Source: a virus
Lineage: Duplodnaviria > Heunggongvirae > Uroviricota > Caudoviricetes
DNA length: 64,000 nucleotides
Reading direction: 5' to 3' (one strand)
IMG/VR virus record: IMGVR_UViG_3300025723_001543
Span: 29,307-93,306 of that record
Made by a program: the position numbers and the translations under genes. Position 1 is the stretch's first letter, and every line of letters begins with the position of its first letter. Positions 1-7,221 of this stretch are shown one piece after another. The notes beneath the pieces were generated by a model. That model was given only the letters and a program-made list of their open reading frames with translations, was not told where the DNA came from and did no database searches.

Positions 1-210
1 ATATGGAAAATGTTGTTTGCGCCAGTAGTTTTTATCATCACATGCGATTACCATATCACCAAATTTGTTTCCAAATTGTTGTCTATAGCTACGAAGTGAA
101 TTTAGAACCATGTGTCTGAACAATCCCTCATCAATAGGGATGTTTGTGTGGTTTCCAAGTTGCATCATCAAATTCGAGATCATGACTTGATTGAAGTCAA
201 TAATAATCAT
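1..210 (-). CDS. rnh: T4-like RNase H / 5'-3' exonuclease, N-terminal part (runs off the left edge of the window)
   Basis: Not in the ORF track. Manual translation from ATG at 210 gives MIIIDFNQVMISNLMMQLGNHTNIPIDEGLFRHMVLNSLRSYRQQFGNKFGDMVIACDDKNYWRKQHFPY, which has the T4 RNase H N-terminal motifs (xDFNQ, RHMVLNS, ACD..NYWR..FPY). Confidence 0.93.
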   Translation of the reverse strand, partial: MIIIDFNQVMISNLMMQLGNHTNIPIDEGLFRHMVLNSLRSYRQQFGNKFGDMVIACDDKNYWRKQHFPY

Positions 211-243
211 TTACTGTTGTCCATACATTATATATGTGTATCT

Positions 244-606
244 TTATTGCGGATTCAAGGACTCTTCAATTTTTTCTTCAAGCTCACGCTCAATTTCTTC
301 AGAAATAGTAACTGTCTTATCGATCAAAGAATGCATAGGATGATCTATGTTCTTCATTCTATATAGCATTGCCTGTAAAACTTCTTCAAAGAAAAATGCA
401 TCACGGATAAATTCTGGAGAAGACTTTGGAACCAAACCATAGTTGCTAATAATAGCAAACACTGCTTGGAAAACATCATCAGCAATTTCATCACAAAAAA
501 TCTTTCTCACTTCTTCAATCTGAGTGATTGTTTCTTCGAGTGAAGCTGGATTACCAACTTCACTTTTCTTTTTCTTATCTGGAAACTGTATAATTTTGTT
601 TGTCAT
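244..606 (-). CDS. Hypothetical protein (120 aa), typical of T4-like genes next to rnh
   Basis: ORF co-oriented and tightly packed with neighbours; GAGGTG ribosome-binding site (RBS) upstream. Confidence 0.75.
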   Translation of the reverse strand: MTNKIIQFPDKKKKSEVGNPASLEETITQIEEVRKIFCDEIADDVFQAVFAIISNYGLVPKSSPEFIRDAFFFEEVLQAMLYRMKNIDHPMHSLIDKTVTISEEIERELEEKIEESLNPQ

Positions 607-609
607 TTT

Positions 610-1731
610 TCACCTCACCACTTTCAATAGGATCGTACTACTATTTAGGCGGTCAACAAATTTGAGTTGATCGGTGTTGATGGTATCAAACAATTTCCTG
701 AGAGCTACCTTACCAGAAGAAGTCACTAACTTAAGAATTTCATCAGTCTTACGTCCAATCTTCTTAGACATAGAGGTATCAGCATCATATCCACCAATTG
801 CGGTGCGATTGACTTCTAGACCAGCTGGACCTCTTGCACGGAACACAGAGAGCACTTTGCTCTTCGTATTGTAGGTCCACAGTTCCTGTGCTCCCAAGAC
901 ACTCTCAGGATTGACAGAGGAGATTTTGAGCGATGTATCCTCCTTCTGGTACTGAAAGACCTTAAGCTTCTTCGCTGGGCTCACAGCCTTCTTCTTACGA
1001 GGCTTACGAGCTTTGCGGAGATTGCCACTGTGTTTATCGCAGTCATCCACGATACCAGTGTACAGAACAAGCTTTGCCTTCATCTGAGGCTTGGTGAAGG
1101 TGCTATATGCCTCTACCAGCTGCGGGTCTTTTTTGGCAATTGCATCAGCAATCTCTTGCTGAATGGGACGATAATAGTCAGCCACCCGTGTCGAGAGCGA
1201 AGCAGGGAAGTTGTTGCTCTGGAGGGAGGAATACATCGAGAAATCGATTGCACCACCATCAATGATGGCTTCGATCTCGCCAATGAATTCAGAGACCTTA
1301 TTGGCCATATGATCCTGAACCGAAAGACGAACCACATTGTCGTCTTTCTTTTCCTGTTCTGCATACTTCATGCAGTCGAAGATGCTATCCTTTGCACGAT
1401 CAAGCATTTCCTGATCGACAGGTCCGCCCCGACTATAGATACGAACCACAGCTGCGGCAGTGCGAGGAATACGCACGAGAGGAACACGAGCGAACTTCTT
1501 GACTTCCCCATCAGCCTTGACAGACTTGAGATAGTCATTGATGTAGAGGCGAAGCTCTTCCTCTTCCGCCATCGTGTTATACCAGTTGAAGGCATTGTAG
1601 ACGAACTTGTATCCATCTTCGCCCCAAGTTGGCTCATCGCCATAGTACTTTTTGTTGATGTAGAAACTTTCGCCCTTGGTGACACGTATCACCTTCTTCT
1701 TGGTAGCGATTGTCGCAGCTCTTTTAGCCAT
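610..1731 (-). CDS. Conserved T4-like hypothetical protein (373 aa), basic termini
   Basis: Long ORF with strong C-ending codon bias, its own sigma70 promoter and a GGAG RBS. Confidence 0.85.
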   Translation of the reverse strand: MAKRAATIATKKKVIRVTKGESFYINKKYYGDEPTWGEDGYKFVYNAFNWYNTMAEEEELRLYINDYLKSVKADGEVKKFARVPLVRIPRTAAAVVRIYSRGGPVDQEMLDRAKDSIFDCMKYAEQEKKDDNVVRLSVQDHMANKVSEFIGEIEAIIDGGAIDFSMYSSLQSNNFPASLSTRVADYYRPIQQEIADAIAKKDPQLVEAYSTFTKPQMKAKLVLYTGIVDDCDKHSGNLRKARKPRKKKAVSPAKKLKVFQYQKEDTSLKISSVNPESVLGAQELWTYNTKSKVLSVFRARGPAGLEVNRTAIGGYDADTSMSKKIGRKTDEILKLVTSSGKVALRKLFDTINTDQLKFVDRLNSSTILLKVVR

Positions 1732-1758
1732 GTGGCTATCTCCGTTGTTGATGTACTC

Positions 1759-1786
1759 ATTATAGTCATTATGTAGGCAGTGTCAA
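1759..1786 (-). promoter_or_regulatory. Sigma70-like early promoter for the 373-aa gene
   Basis: Minus strand reads TTGACA-N16-TATAAT, with an A/T-rich upstream tract. Confidence 0.8.
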
Positions 1787-1830
1787 CCAAAAAAATCGAC
1801 AATTTTCTTCTTTTTTAATAAAAAAAGATG

Positions 1831-1858
1831 TTGACCCTAAAGCTGGTTGTGATAATAT
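1831..1858 (+). promoter_or_regulatory. Sigma70-like early promoter, divergent partner of the 1759-1786 promoter
   Basis: TTGACC-N16-TAATAT preceded by an A-tract. Confidence 0.7.
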
Positions 1859-1885
1859 CTTTATATCGGATCACGGAGTTGACCA

Positions 1886-2107
1886 ATGACCAACCTCAAT
1901 GCATGGCTCGAAACAATCGTCGGTCTCAAGACTGAAAAGGGTGCCATGAAGCGTCTGGAGAATTGCCTTGAGACCATCAAGGAGAATGGCTCCAAGTACA
2001 TGATCTACCGCAAGATGGATGGAACTTTTGTTCCTCTGGTCATTGCTTCCAGCAAGGATTGGGCAGTTGGTGCTTATGCCCACAAAGGTATTTGCGTCAC
2101 AAACTGA
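1886..2107 (+). CDS. Early hypothetical protein (73 aa)
   Basis: GGAG RBS, directly downstream of the promoter, biased codon usage. Confidence 0.8.
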   Translation: MTNLNAWLETIVGLKTEKGAMKRLENCLETIKENGSKYMIYRKMDGTFVPLVIASSKDWAVGAYAHKGICVTN

Positions 2108-2116
2108 AAATAGGTG

Positions 2117-2152
2117 TTGACAGGGGGGAAACCCCCTGTTACATTGAATCAT
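2117..2152 (+). promoter_or_regulatory. Sigma70-like promoter with a GAAA-tetraloop hairpin in the spacer
   Basis: TTGACA-N17-TACATT followed by GAATCAT; ACAGGGGG-GAAA-CCCCCTGT at 2120-2139. Confidence 0.8.
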
Positions 2153-2169
2153 CAAAACGGAGATGAGAC

Positions 2170-2346
2170 ATGTTCACCGTCACCTACACCTACTTCAAGA
2201 GCTACAAGCACGAAAAGTCCTTCAAGACCTATCAGGCTGCTAAAGGTTTCTTCAATGTCATCAGCCGCAAGGCTAACGTGACACAGACAGAAATCCGTGC
2301 TGTCAGCGACAAGAACCCTTCTATGAACTCTAAACTGTTCGCATAA
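2170..2346 (+). CDS. Early hypothetical protein (58 aa; below the ORF-track cutoff)
   Basis: GGAG RBS; translation MFTVTYTYFKSYKHEKSFKTYQAAKGFFNVISRKANVTQTEIRAVSDKNPSMNSKLFA; fills the gap between promoter and next gene. Confidence 0.8.
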   Translation: MFTVTYTYFKSYKHEKSFKTYQAAKGFFNVISRKANVTQTEIRAVSDKNPSMNSKLFA

Positions 2347-2356
2347 GGAGATTTCT

Positions 2357-2551
2357 ATGGTCAAGCTTGTGAACATCTCAAACATCTACGCCTACAACGT
2401 CATTGGGCTCTACGAGACCTATGATGCTGCGATTGAGTACGCCAAGACCTACCTGTACGCTTTTGCCTTCGAAGAGGACAAGGATAACCTTGGCTTTTAC
2501 GATGGTATCACCACCAATGGTATGCAACTCGTCATCGAACCCGTAAAGTAG
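2357..2551 (+). CDS. Early hypothetical protein (64 aa)
   Basis: AAGGAG RBS; C-ending codon bias. Confidence 0.8.
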   Translation: MVKLVNISNIYAYNVIGLYETYDAAIEYAKTYLYAFAFEEDKDNLGFYDGITTNGMQLVIEPVK

Positions 2552-2560
2552 GAGATAAAT

Positions 2561-2788
2561 ATGACTAGTGATCAAATCGACACCAAGGTTGACAATCTTG
2601 TTACACTTCTCCAACTAAATGGAGATATGTACACCATTGGCTACCTGATATCTTTCATCAAGTCCAATGCCTATTTCATGGACACGGATCATCTAGAAAA
2701 CTTCAGAAGCCGCCTTGAGTATCACACATCAAAGGCGATTCAAAGGATAGGAGAAAATGCGAAATCTGACAGCAAAATCCCTGTCTGA
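2561..2788 (+). CDS. Early hypothetical protein (75 aa)
   Basis: AGGAG RBS; operon packing. Confidence 0.75.
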   Translation: MTSDQIDTKVDNLVTLLQLNGDMYTIGYLISFIKSNAYFMDTDHLENFRSRLEYHTSKAIQRIGENAKSDSKIPV

Positions 2789-2873
2789 ACGCCAGTTTCA
2801 GCAAAAAATTGTTGCTCCCAAGAAGGGTAAGGGAGCATATACAAGGAAAATCAAGCACTTAGAGAGGGGATAA
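2757..2873 (+). CDS. arfA: ArfA-like alternative ribosome-rescue factor (38 aa; below the ORF-track cutoff)
   Basis: AGGAGA RBS; translation MRNLTAKSLSERQFQQKIVAPKKGKGAYTRKIKHLERG. The motif F.Q(K/R)(I/V)...KKGKG(A/S)Y.RK.KH matches the ArfA core. Confidence 0.8.
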   Translation: MRNLTAKSLSERQFQQKIVAPKKGKGAYTRKIKHLERG

Positions 2874-2888
2874 TTCCCCTCTTTTTTT
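2863..2888 (+). terminator. Rho-independent terminator with the arfA-like stop codon in its loop
   Basis: AGAGGGGA-TAAT-TCCCCTCT followed by a T-run. Confidence 0.85.
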
Positions 2889-2898
2889 ATATAAACGC

Positions 2899-2933
2899 TT
2901 GACTCTTCCTATAGGGATGCTAATATGAATCAT
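2899..2933 (+). promoter_or_regulatory. Sigma70-like early promoter
   Basis: TTGACT-N16-TAATAT with TG extension, followed by GAATCAT; CCTATAGG palindrome in the spacer. Confidence 0.8.
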
Positions 2934-2950
2934 AGACAAAGGAGATGGAC

Positions 2951-3193
2951 ATGGGTTATCTGGCAACTGAATCTCAGGCTGATCTGGAATATTCCCGCAA
3001 TGTAGGCTTCGACAATCAGGATAGGGCTTGGATTCTCTCTGATCGTGACGTTTGGTATCCTAACCCCTTCTACACTGGTCCTAAGCAGCCTCATCCAGAA
3101 GATGATCATTATGAGGATGATGATCAGGCTTACGAGAATTCTCCGGTTTTTGCTATCGCCACCTATGACAATGATCAAGAAATTCCTTTCTGA
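2951..3193 (+). CDS. Early acidic hypothetical protein (about 80 aa)
   Basis: AAAGGAG RBS best fits ATG at 2951 (ORF track start 2945); D/E-rich, ends in EIPF. Confidence 0.8.
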   Translation: MGYLATESQADLEYSRNVGFDNQDRAWILSDRDVWYPNPFYTGPKQPHPEDDHYEDDDQAYENSPVFAIATYDNDQEIPF

Positions 3194-3203
3194 GGAGAGA
3201 AAA

Positions 3204-3404
3204 ATGACCAAAGTCATCAGACTCCCAAACTCTACGAAACTCCAGTCTAAGATGCTCAACTACATTCTCAGAGTCATAAATGACAAAGGTAAAGTGGTTG
3301 AAGCTTGGCAATACGAAGGCTACTCTGGTCATGCCATGTGGGATGTAGAATCCGACTATAAAACTCTTTTTCCCAAGGAAAGCGGCTACACCATTGACTG
3401 GTAG
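3204..3404 (+). CDS. Early hypothetical protein (66 aa)
   Basis: GAGGAG RBS before ATG at 3204, in frame with track ORF 3045..3404. Confidence 0.7.
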   Translation: MTKVIRLPNSTKLQSKMLNYILRVINDKGKVVEAWQYEGYSGHAMWDVESDYKTLFPKESGYTIDW

Positions 3405-3427
3405 GAGAGAAATCTCCTACTTTTTTT
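3401..3427 (+). terminator. Rho-independent terminator
   Basis: GTAGGAGA-GAAA-TCTCCTAC followed by T7; overlaps the TAG stop. Confidence 0.88.
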
Positions 3428-3440
3428 ATGAAATAAACAG

Positions 3441-3475
3441 TTGACGACATCTGTCAGTATGCTAATATGAATCAT
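3441..3475 (+). promoter_or_regulatory. Sigma70-like early promoter
   Basis: TTGACG-N16-TAATAT followed by GAATCAT; shares ATGCTAATATGAATCAT with the 2899 promoter. Confidence 0.8.
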
Positions 3476-3494
3476 GAACAGAGGAGATGCGGAC

Positions 3495-3677
3495 ATGACT
3501 TCACTTGACGAACGCATGAACGAGGGTATCGACCGGCTGATCGCTCGGCTTGAAGAGATTAAAGCTCGTAAAGGTTTATACTCGACAAAGGCATATGAGG
3601 TTGCTGCAGTGGCGCTTGATGCCAAGAACTACGCCGACTACTGGGAATACAAGCTCACTGACTGGGCTAACGACTGA
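3495..3677 (+). CDS. Early hypothetical protein (60 aa)
   Basis: GAGGAG RBS favours ATG at 3495; the track start (3474) lies within the promoter. Confidence 0.75.
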   Translation: MTSLDERMNEGIDRLIARLEEIKARKGLYSTKAYEVAAVALDAKNYADYWEYKLTDWAND

Positions 3678-3682
3678 GGAGA

Positions 3683-3955
3683 ATGAACATGTCTCAGATA
3701 GACACCGAAACCACTACTTGGAATAAAGTCATGTCAGCCCCTCTTTTTGTTGAGGGATTTAAAGATGCCATGACTGGTGTTTCTTTTTATGAAAAGCACG
3801 ATAAAATGTCAGATTGGCAACAATATCCATATGAGCGTGGAAGACATTTCTTTTTTGCTCTTGGATACTCGATAAAGATCAAACAGGGTAGAGGAATATC
3901 CAAACTAGCATTGGGATGGTTTCGATATTTTTATACAAATAAAATTATTCTATAG
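3683..3955 (+). CDS. Hypothetical protein (90 aa)
   Basis: GAGGAG RBS; operon packing. Confidence 0.7.
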   Translation: MNMSQIDTETTTWNKVMSAPLFVEGFKDAMTGVSFYEKHDKMSDWQQYPYERGRHFFFALGYSIKIKQGRGISKLALGWFRYFYTNKIIL

Positions 3956-3964
3956 GAGGTTAAT

Positions 3965-4135
3965 ATGGAAATCGTTGACAATTATCGTCTTGATGATATA
4001 TCTGGGAGAATAAACTCTCTCAGAAAAAGAATTCAAGCACTCAAGAAAGTTATGAACGAAGCAAACAAGAATACAGAATTCTTCTTTGAAAAGGAACCTA
4101 TCAATGACTCTTACCACAAAACAGCAAAAGTTTAA
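3965..4135 (+). CDS. Small coiled-coil hypothetical protein (56 aa; below cutoff)
   Basis: AGGAGG RBS; translation MEIVDNYRLDDISGRINSLRKRIQALKKVMNEANKNTEFFFEKEPINDSYHKTAKV. Confidence 0.7.
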   Translation: MEIVDNYRLDDISGRINSLRKRIQALKKVMNEANKNTEFFFEKEPINDSYHKTAKV

Positions 4136-4355
4136 GGATACATATCTCGAAAGCCTGATGGAATGTATCCAAAAGTATCCAAATGATTATTGTTATGGGA
4201 TTGATGAAGCTGTAACAGTATGCGATAAAATGTTCATTGCATTCATGCGTCATTCTGCAAATAAAGATGGAAAAGCTGTAAAAAATACGTGTAAGAAACT
4301 TGGAATTCCTTACACGTATAAAGGTATTGGGGAATATCTTGGAGTTAATTACTAA
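4104..4355 (+). CDS. Hypothetical protein (83 aa)
   Basis: AAGGAA RBS before ATG at 4104, in frame with track ORF 4086..4355. Confidence 0.7.
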   Translation: MTLTTKQQKFKDTYLESLMECIQKYPNDYCYGIDEAVTVCDKMFIAFMRHSANKDGKAVKNTCKKLGIPYTYKGIGEYLGVNY

Positions 4356-5283
4356 TCAAACTAGTGAGTAAATTTTCCCATTCGGTTTTCCTCTTATGCC
4401 ACCCATAAAAATAATCAAAGTATTGTTTCTGGAAGTCTAGATATGGGTCTAGACTTCCATCATTTTTTTGTACATTCACGATTGCATTGCTGAGTGTATG
4501 AGCAAACTGAAGTGCATGATGGTTCTTGTTCTCATTGTATGGATACATCATAGCAAACCCAGCACAGGTTTCTGGAAGACCAGCAAAGTTAGGACACACA
4601 ACGATATTTTTTGCAGATAAAGCCTCGATAGCAGCGAGACAACTTGTCTCAGGCCAAATAGAAGGATAAGCAAAGATATGCGAACGAACAAGAGCTTCAC
4701 GAATTTCTTCGTTAGAAACTGATCCATGATATGTAATTTTTTCATTTGACCTACAACGATCAAATAATTCCTTATATTGGTCGTCCCTTTGCTCCCAACC
4801 ATAAATCTTGAATGAAGAATATACATCAAGATGAATATTATCAAACATTTTGCATAGTTCTTCAAAGACAGGAACAAGAATTTCTAATCCACGATGTGGT
4901 GTTGTATGATAAATCAGACGAACTGTACCATCATACACTTTTTTCTCTACAGGAATAGGCTCAATTGCATTCTTGATGACCATACATTCCTGATAAGGAA
5001 GACCAGAAGTAAGATTGTATAACTGCATTTGCCAATCAGACACACAAACAATCTTATCAAACCTCTTTCTAGAAGAAGCATCTGTCAAATGTTCTGATTC
5101 TGGATCATTGGGCAGATCGTGCAACCAAAGAATCTTCTTCTTATCAGGATCAAGGTCTCTGACACGAGAAGGAATTATTTGAAATTGATTGAGAAGATCA
5201 GGAGATAATGAACTATGCAATCTTTCTTGCATGAGTTCTGTGCCGCCACGGGCGTTTTGGTTTAATTCATTCTTTTCCATCAC
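4345..5283 (-). CDS. GT-B fold glycosyltransferase (GT4-like)
   Basis: Motifs GGTE, LWLHD, YHTTPHRGLE and YPSIWPETSCLAAIEA (the E-x7-E type GT4 signature). Confidence 0.88.
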   Translation of the reverse strand: MMEKNELNQNARGGTELMQERLHSSLSPDLLNQFQIIPSRVRDLDPDKKKILWLHDLPNDPESEHLTDASSRKRFDKIVCVSDWQMQLYNLTSGLPYQECMVIKNAIEPIPVEKKVYDGTVRLIYHTTPHRGLEILVPVFEELCKMFDNIHLDVYSSFKIYGWEQRDDQYKELFDRCRSNEKITYHGSVSNEEIREALVRSHIFAYPSIWPETSCLAAIEALSAKNIVVCPNFAGLPETCAGFAMMYPYNENKNHHALQFAHTLSNAIVNVQKNDGSLDPYLDFQKQYFDYFYGWHKRKTEWENLLTSLISN

Positions 5284-5309
5284 AGTATCCTCATAATAAT
5301 TTAAAAATT

Positions 5310-5645
5310 TTATTCTTTTGTCTTGATAAAACTTGGTAGAGTTATTTCAGTTTTTTCATCTTGAATTTTTAAAAGCATTCTTGCACACAATGTTAAGATA
5401 CTCCAAGCACAAAATCCAATCAAAGCACCAGAAAGAAGAATATTATCATTTGACATAGGTAAATTATAATATTCAATTCCAGGGATTGATCCTATAATTG
5501 CTGTAGCTGTACTTACGCTAGAACGTATAGCAGCATCCCACACATTTTTAGGTCTATAAAATGCCATGAACGTAGCTCCACCAACAAAGCCTCCAACACC
5601 AGATAAAATTTTTCCTATCATAGGAGTTATAATAAAATCGGACAT
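5310..5645 (-). CDS. Small multi-transmembrane protein, possibly a holin
   Basis: Two to three hydrophobic segments and a charged C-terminus; start at MSDF (5645) avoids overlap with the glutaredoxin. Confidence 0.55.
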   Translation of the reverse strand: MSDFIITPMIGKILSGVGGFVGGATFMAFYRPKNVWDAAIRSSVSTATAIIGSIPGIEYYNLPMSNDNILLSGALIGFCAWSILTLCARMLLKIQDEKTEITLPSFIKTKE

Positions 5646-5688
5646 TGGAAAACTTTCTGTTTTGTTTCGTATAACATATTTATATTTT

Positions 5689-5934
5689 TTAAAAATTGTC
5701 GTCTTTGCCGGTAGTTTCTTCGATATATATTTCAAGATCGTTGAATCCACCAATAGCTACATCATTATTTAGGATGTATGGGGCGCTCTTTACGTTAGGA
5801 TATTGTGCAATAAATTCGTTTACTCCAATATCTTCTCCGATAGTCAAATATGTGAATGGAATCTTCTTCAACTCAAGAAGATTCTTTGCCTTAGTACAAT
5901 ACCCACAATTATGTTTTCCGTATACGGTAATCAT
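5689..5934 (-). CDS. nrdC: Glutaredoxin (NrdC-like)
   Basis: MITVYGKHNCGYCTKAK with CxxC, cis-Pro region SAPYI and IGGF motif; lies near nrdAB. Confidence 0.9.
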   Translation of the reverse strand: MITVYGKHNCGYCTKAKNLLELKKIPFTYLTIGEDIGVNEFIAQYPNVKSAPYILNNDVAIGGFNDLEIYIEETTGKDDNF

Positions 5935-6200
5935 GCGCCAATTTCCTTGATAGCTCTCTTCCAAGGACCAAATGCACGAGGATCATTACCTTCAATCCGA
6001 ATGAACTTTTTATTTGTCTCATTCTTGTTTGGATTCTCAACTGTAATCATGGTACGCTTCCCCTTGCTCCACATCTTTAACTGACGAAGCAAAGTTGTTC
6101 CTGCAGTAACATCTCTACGAACTGAATTGCTAGTCTTTCTTGAAATTGTTGGCTGGCTACCGCTAGAAGTATACCCTGCTCTTGTCTTCTTCTTACCCAT
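5931..6200 (-). CDS. Basic hypothetical protein (89 aa)
   Basis: Operon packing with an ATGA-type overlap. Confidence 0.75.
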   Translation of the reverse strand: MGKKKTRAGYTSSGSQPTISRKTSNSVRRDVTAGTTLLRQLKMWSKGKRTMITVENPNKNETNKKFIRIEGNDPRAFGPWKRAIKEIGA

Positions 6201-6206
6201 AATATA

Positions 6207-6434
6207 TCACCTTTCCGCTAATGAACTTACTGTTGTCTCATATGTAGTTTCACAGACAATGCATTTCATATATACAGTGCCTTTTGTACTAGTAAAAAAA
6301 TTTTGAATGAAGTCTGTGATTATCAAACTTCTGGTTCCAATTTGACATGAGGGACATTCACCAACTACGGACATGACCCCCATATCATTTATGACACGTA
6401 TTGGTTTATTACTTCTTCTTGGTATTTCGAACAA
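6207..6434 (-). CDS. Small Zn-ribbon protein
   Basis: CPSC...CIVC motif. Confidence 0.65.
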   Translation of the reverse strand: MFEIPRRSNKPIRVINDMGVMSVVGECPSCQIGTRSLIITDFIQNFFTSTKGTVYMKCIVCETTYETTVSSLAER

Positions 6435-6795
6435 CTGTTTTCTTTACCTTTTCAGCTACCTGATTGACTTCTTCTTCAGCCTTCTTGACTGTCTTCTTTG
6501 CCTTTGTAGCTACCTTCTTAACTTCCTGCTTTACTTCTTCTTCAACCTTAGCAACTTCAACCTTGATCTCTTCTTCGATCTTAGCGACTACGGTTTCTAC
6601 CTTGGCTTCAATAGTCTTAGCAAGCTCTACAGTTGCTTCCTTTGTTTCAGCAACAATAGCAGTTTCAACCTTAGTAATAGCATCTTCAAACTTCTTGACT
6701 TCTTGCTTGATTTCTTCTTCTACAACCTTCTTAGTTCTAGGCCAAATTAACCAACCAATAATACCAAAAGCAATTAATACAACAAACAATTCCAT
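6409..6795 (-). CDS. Membrane-anchored protein with an E/K/V/A-rich low-complexity tail
   Basis: N-terminal transmembrane segment LFVVLIAFGIIGWLIW, then repetitive EEEIK/KVEEEV/KKTVKK. Confidence 0.8.
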   Translation of the reverse strand: MELFVVLIAFGIIGWLIWPRTKKVVEEEIKQEVKKFEDAITKVETAIVAETKEATVELAKTIEAKVETVVAKIEEEIKVEVAKVEEEVKQEVKKVATKAKKTVKKAEEEVNQVAEKVKKTVVRNTKKK

Positions 6796-6807
6796 TTTAT
6801 CATCTCC

Positions 6808-7221
6808 TCATATATTTTTCAAGTGTGCCTTATGCACTTTAACTTGTATCCAACAATTATAAAAATCTTCACTTTCCAAAACTTTTAGGTCAAATTGATA
6901 TTTCGCTTCGAAATAATTGCACTCACCTTTTGTTTTACAAAGACGAAGTATTTCTCGTTTAAAGTTTGATGCACCCACTTGAGCAACATCTTCTTGTAGT
7001 TCTTTATTGGAACCATAATATGTTTTCCAATCAGATTCTACCAGACTTCTTTTCTTTTTTCCCTTAACTTGTTTTGTCTTGGTCTTTTTAAGAAGCTTCT
7101 TACCTATATATCTTCTGTTATTAGTAAGGTTTGTAATTTGATATACAAACCCAACATAATTATCAATTATATCGGATTCAATTATTGTAGAATCATGTAA
7201 CCACGGATTTTCATAAGACAT
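6808..7221 (-). CDS. denA: GIY-YIG nuclease, T4 endonuclease II-like
   Basis: GFVY...YIGKK, W..YYGS..EL and REIL motifs; short, with no NUMOD tail. Confidence 0.8.
   Translation of the reverse strand: MSYENPWLHDSTIIESDIIDNYVGFVYQITNLTNNRRYIGKKLLKKTKTKQVKGKKKRSLVESDWKTYYGSNKELQEDVAQVGASNFKREILRLCKTKGECNYFEAKYQFDLKVLESEDFYNCWIQVKVHKAHLKNI

Noticed and set aside
1030-1776. 248-aa plus-strand ORF
   Set aside because: It is the antisense shadow of the codon-biased 373-aa gene, whose promoter and RBS are on the minus strand.
2814-2836. GCTCCC...GGGAGC hairpin as a possible ncRNA
   Set aside because: It falls within the arfA-like ORF (the APKKGKGA codons) and is short. It might echo arfA mRNA structure, but that cannot be supported from sequence alone.
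3975-4002. TTGACA-N16-TATATC possible extra early promoter
   Set aside because: It lies inside a coding region, lacks the upstream A/T tract and GAATCAT motif of the other cassettes, and the -10 match is weak.
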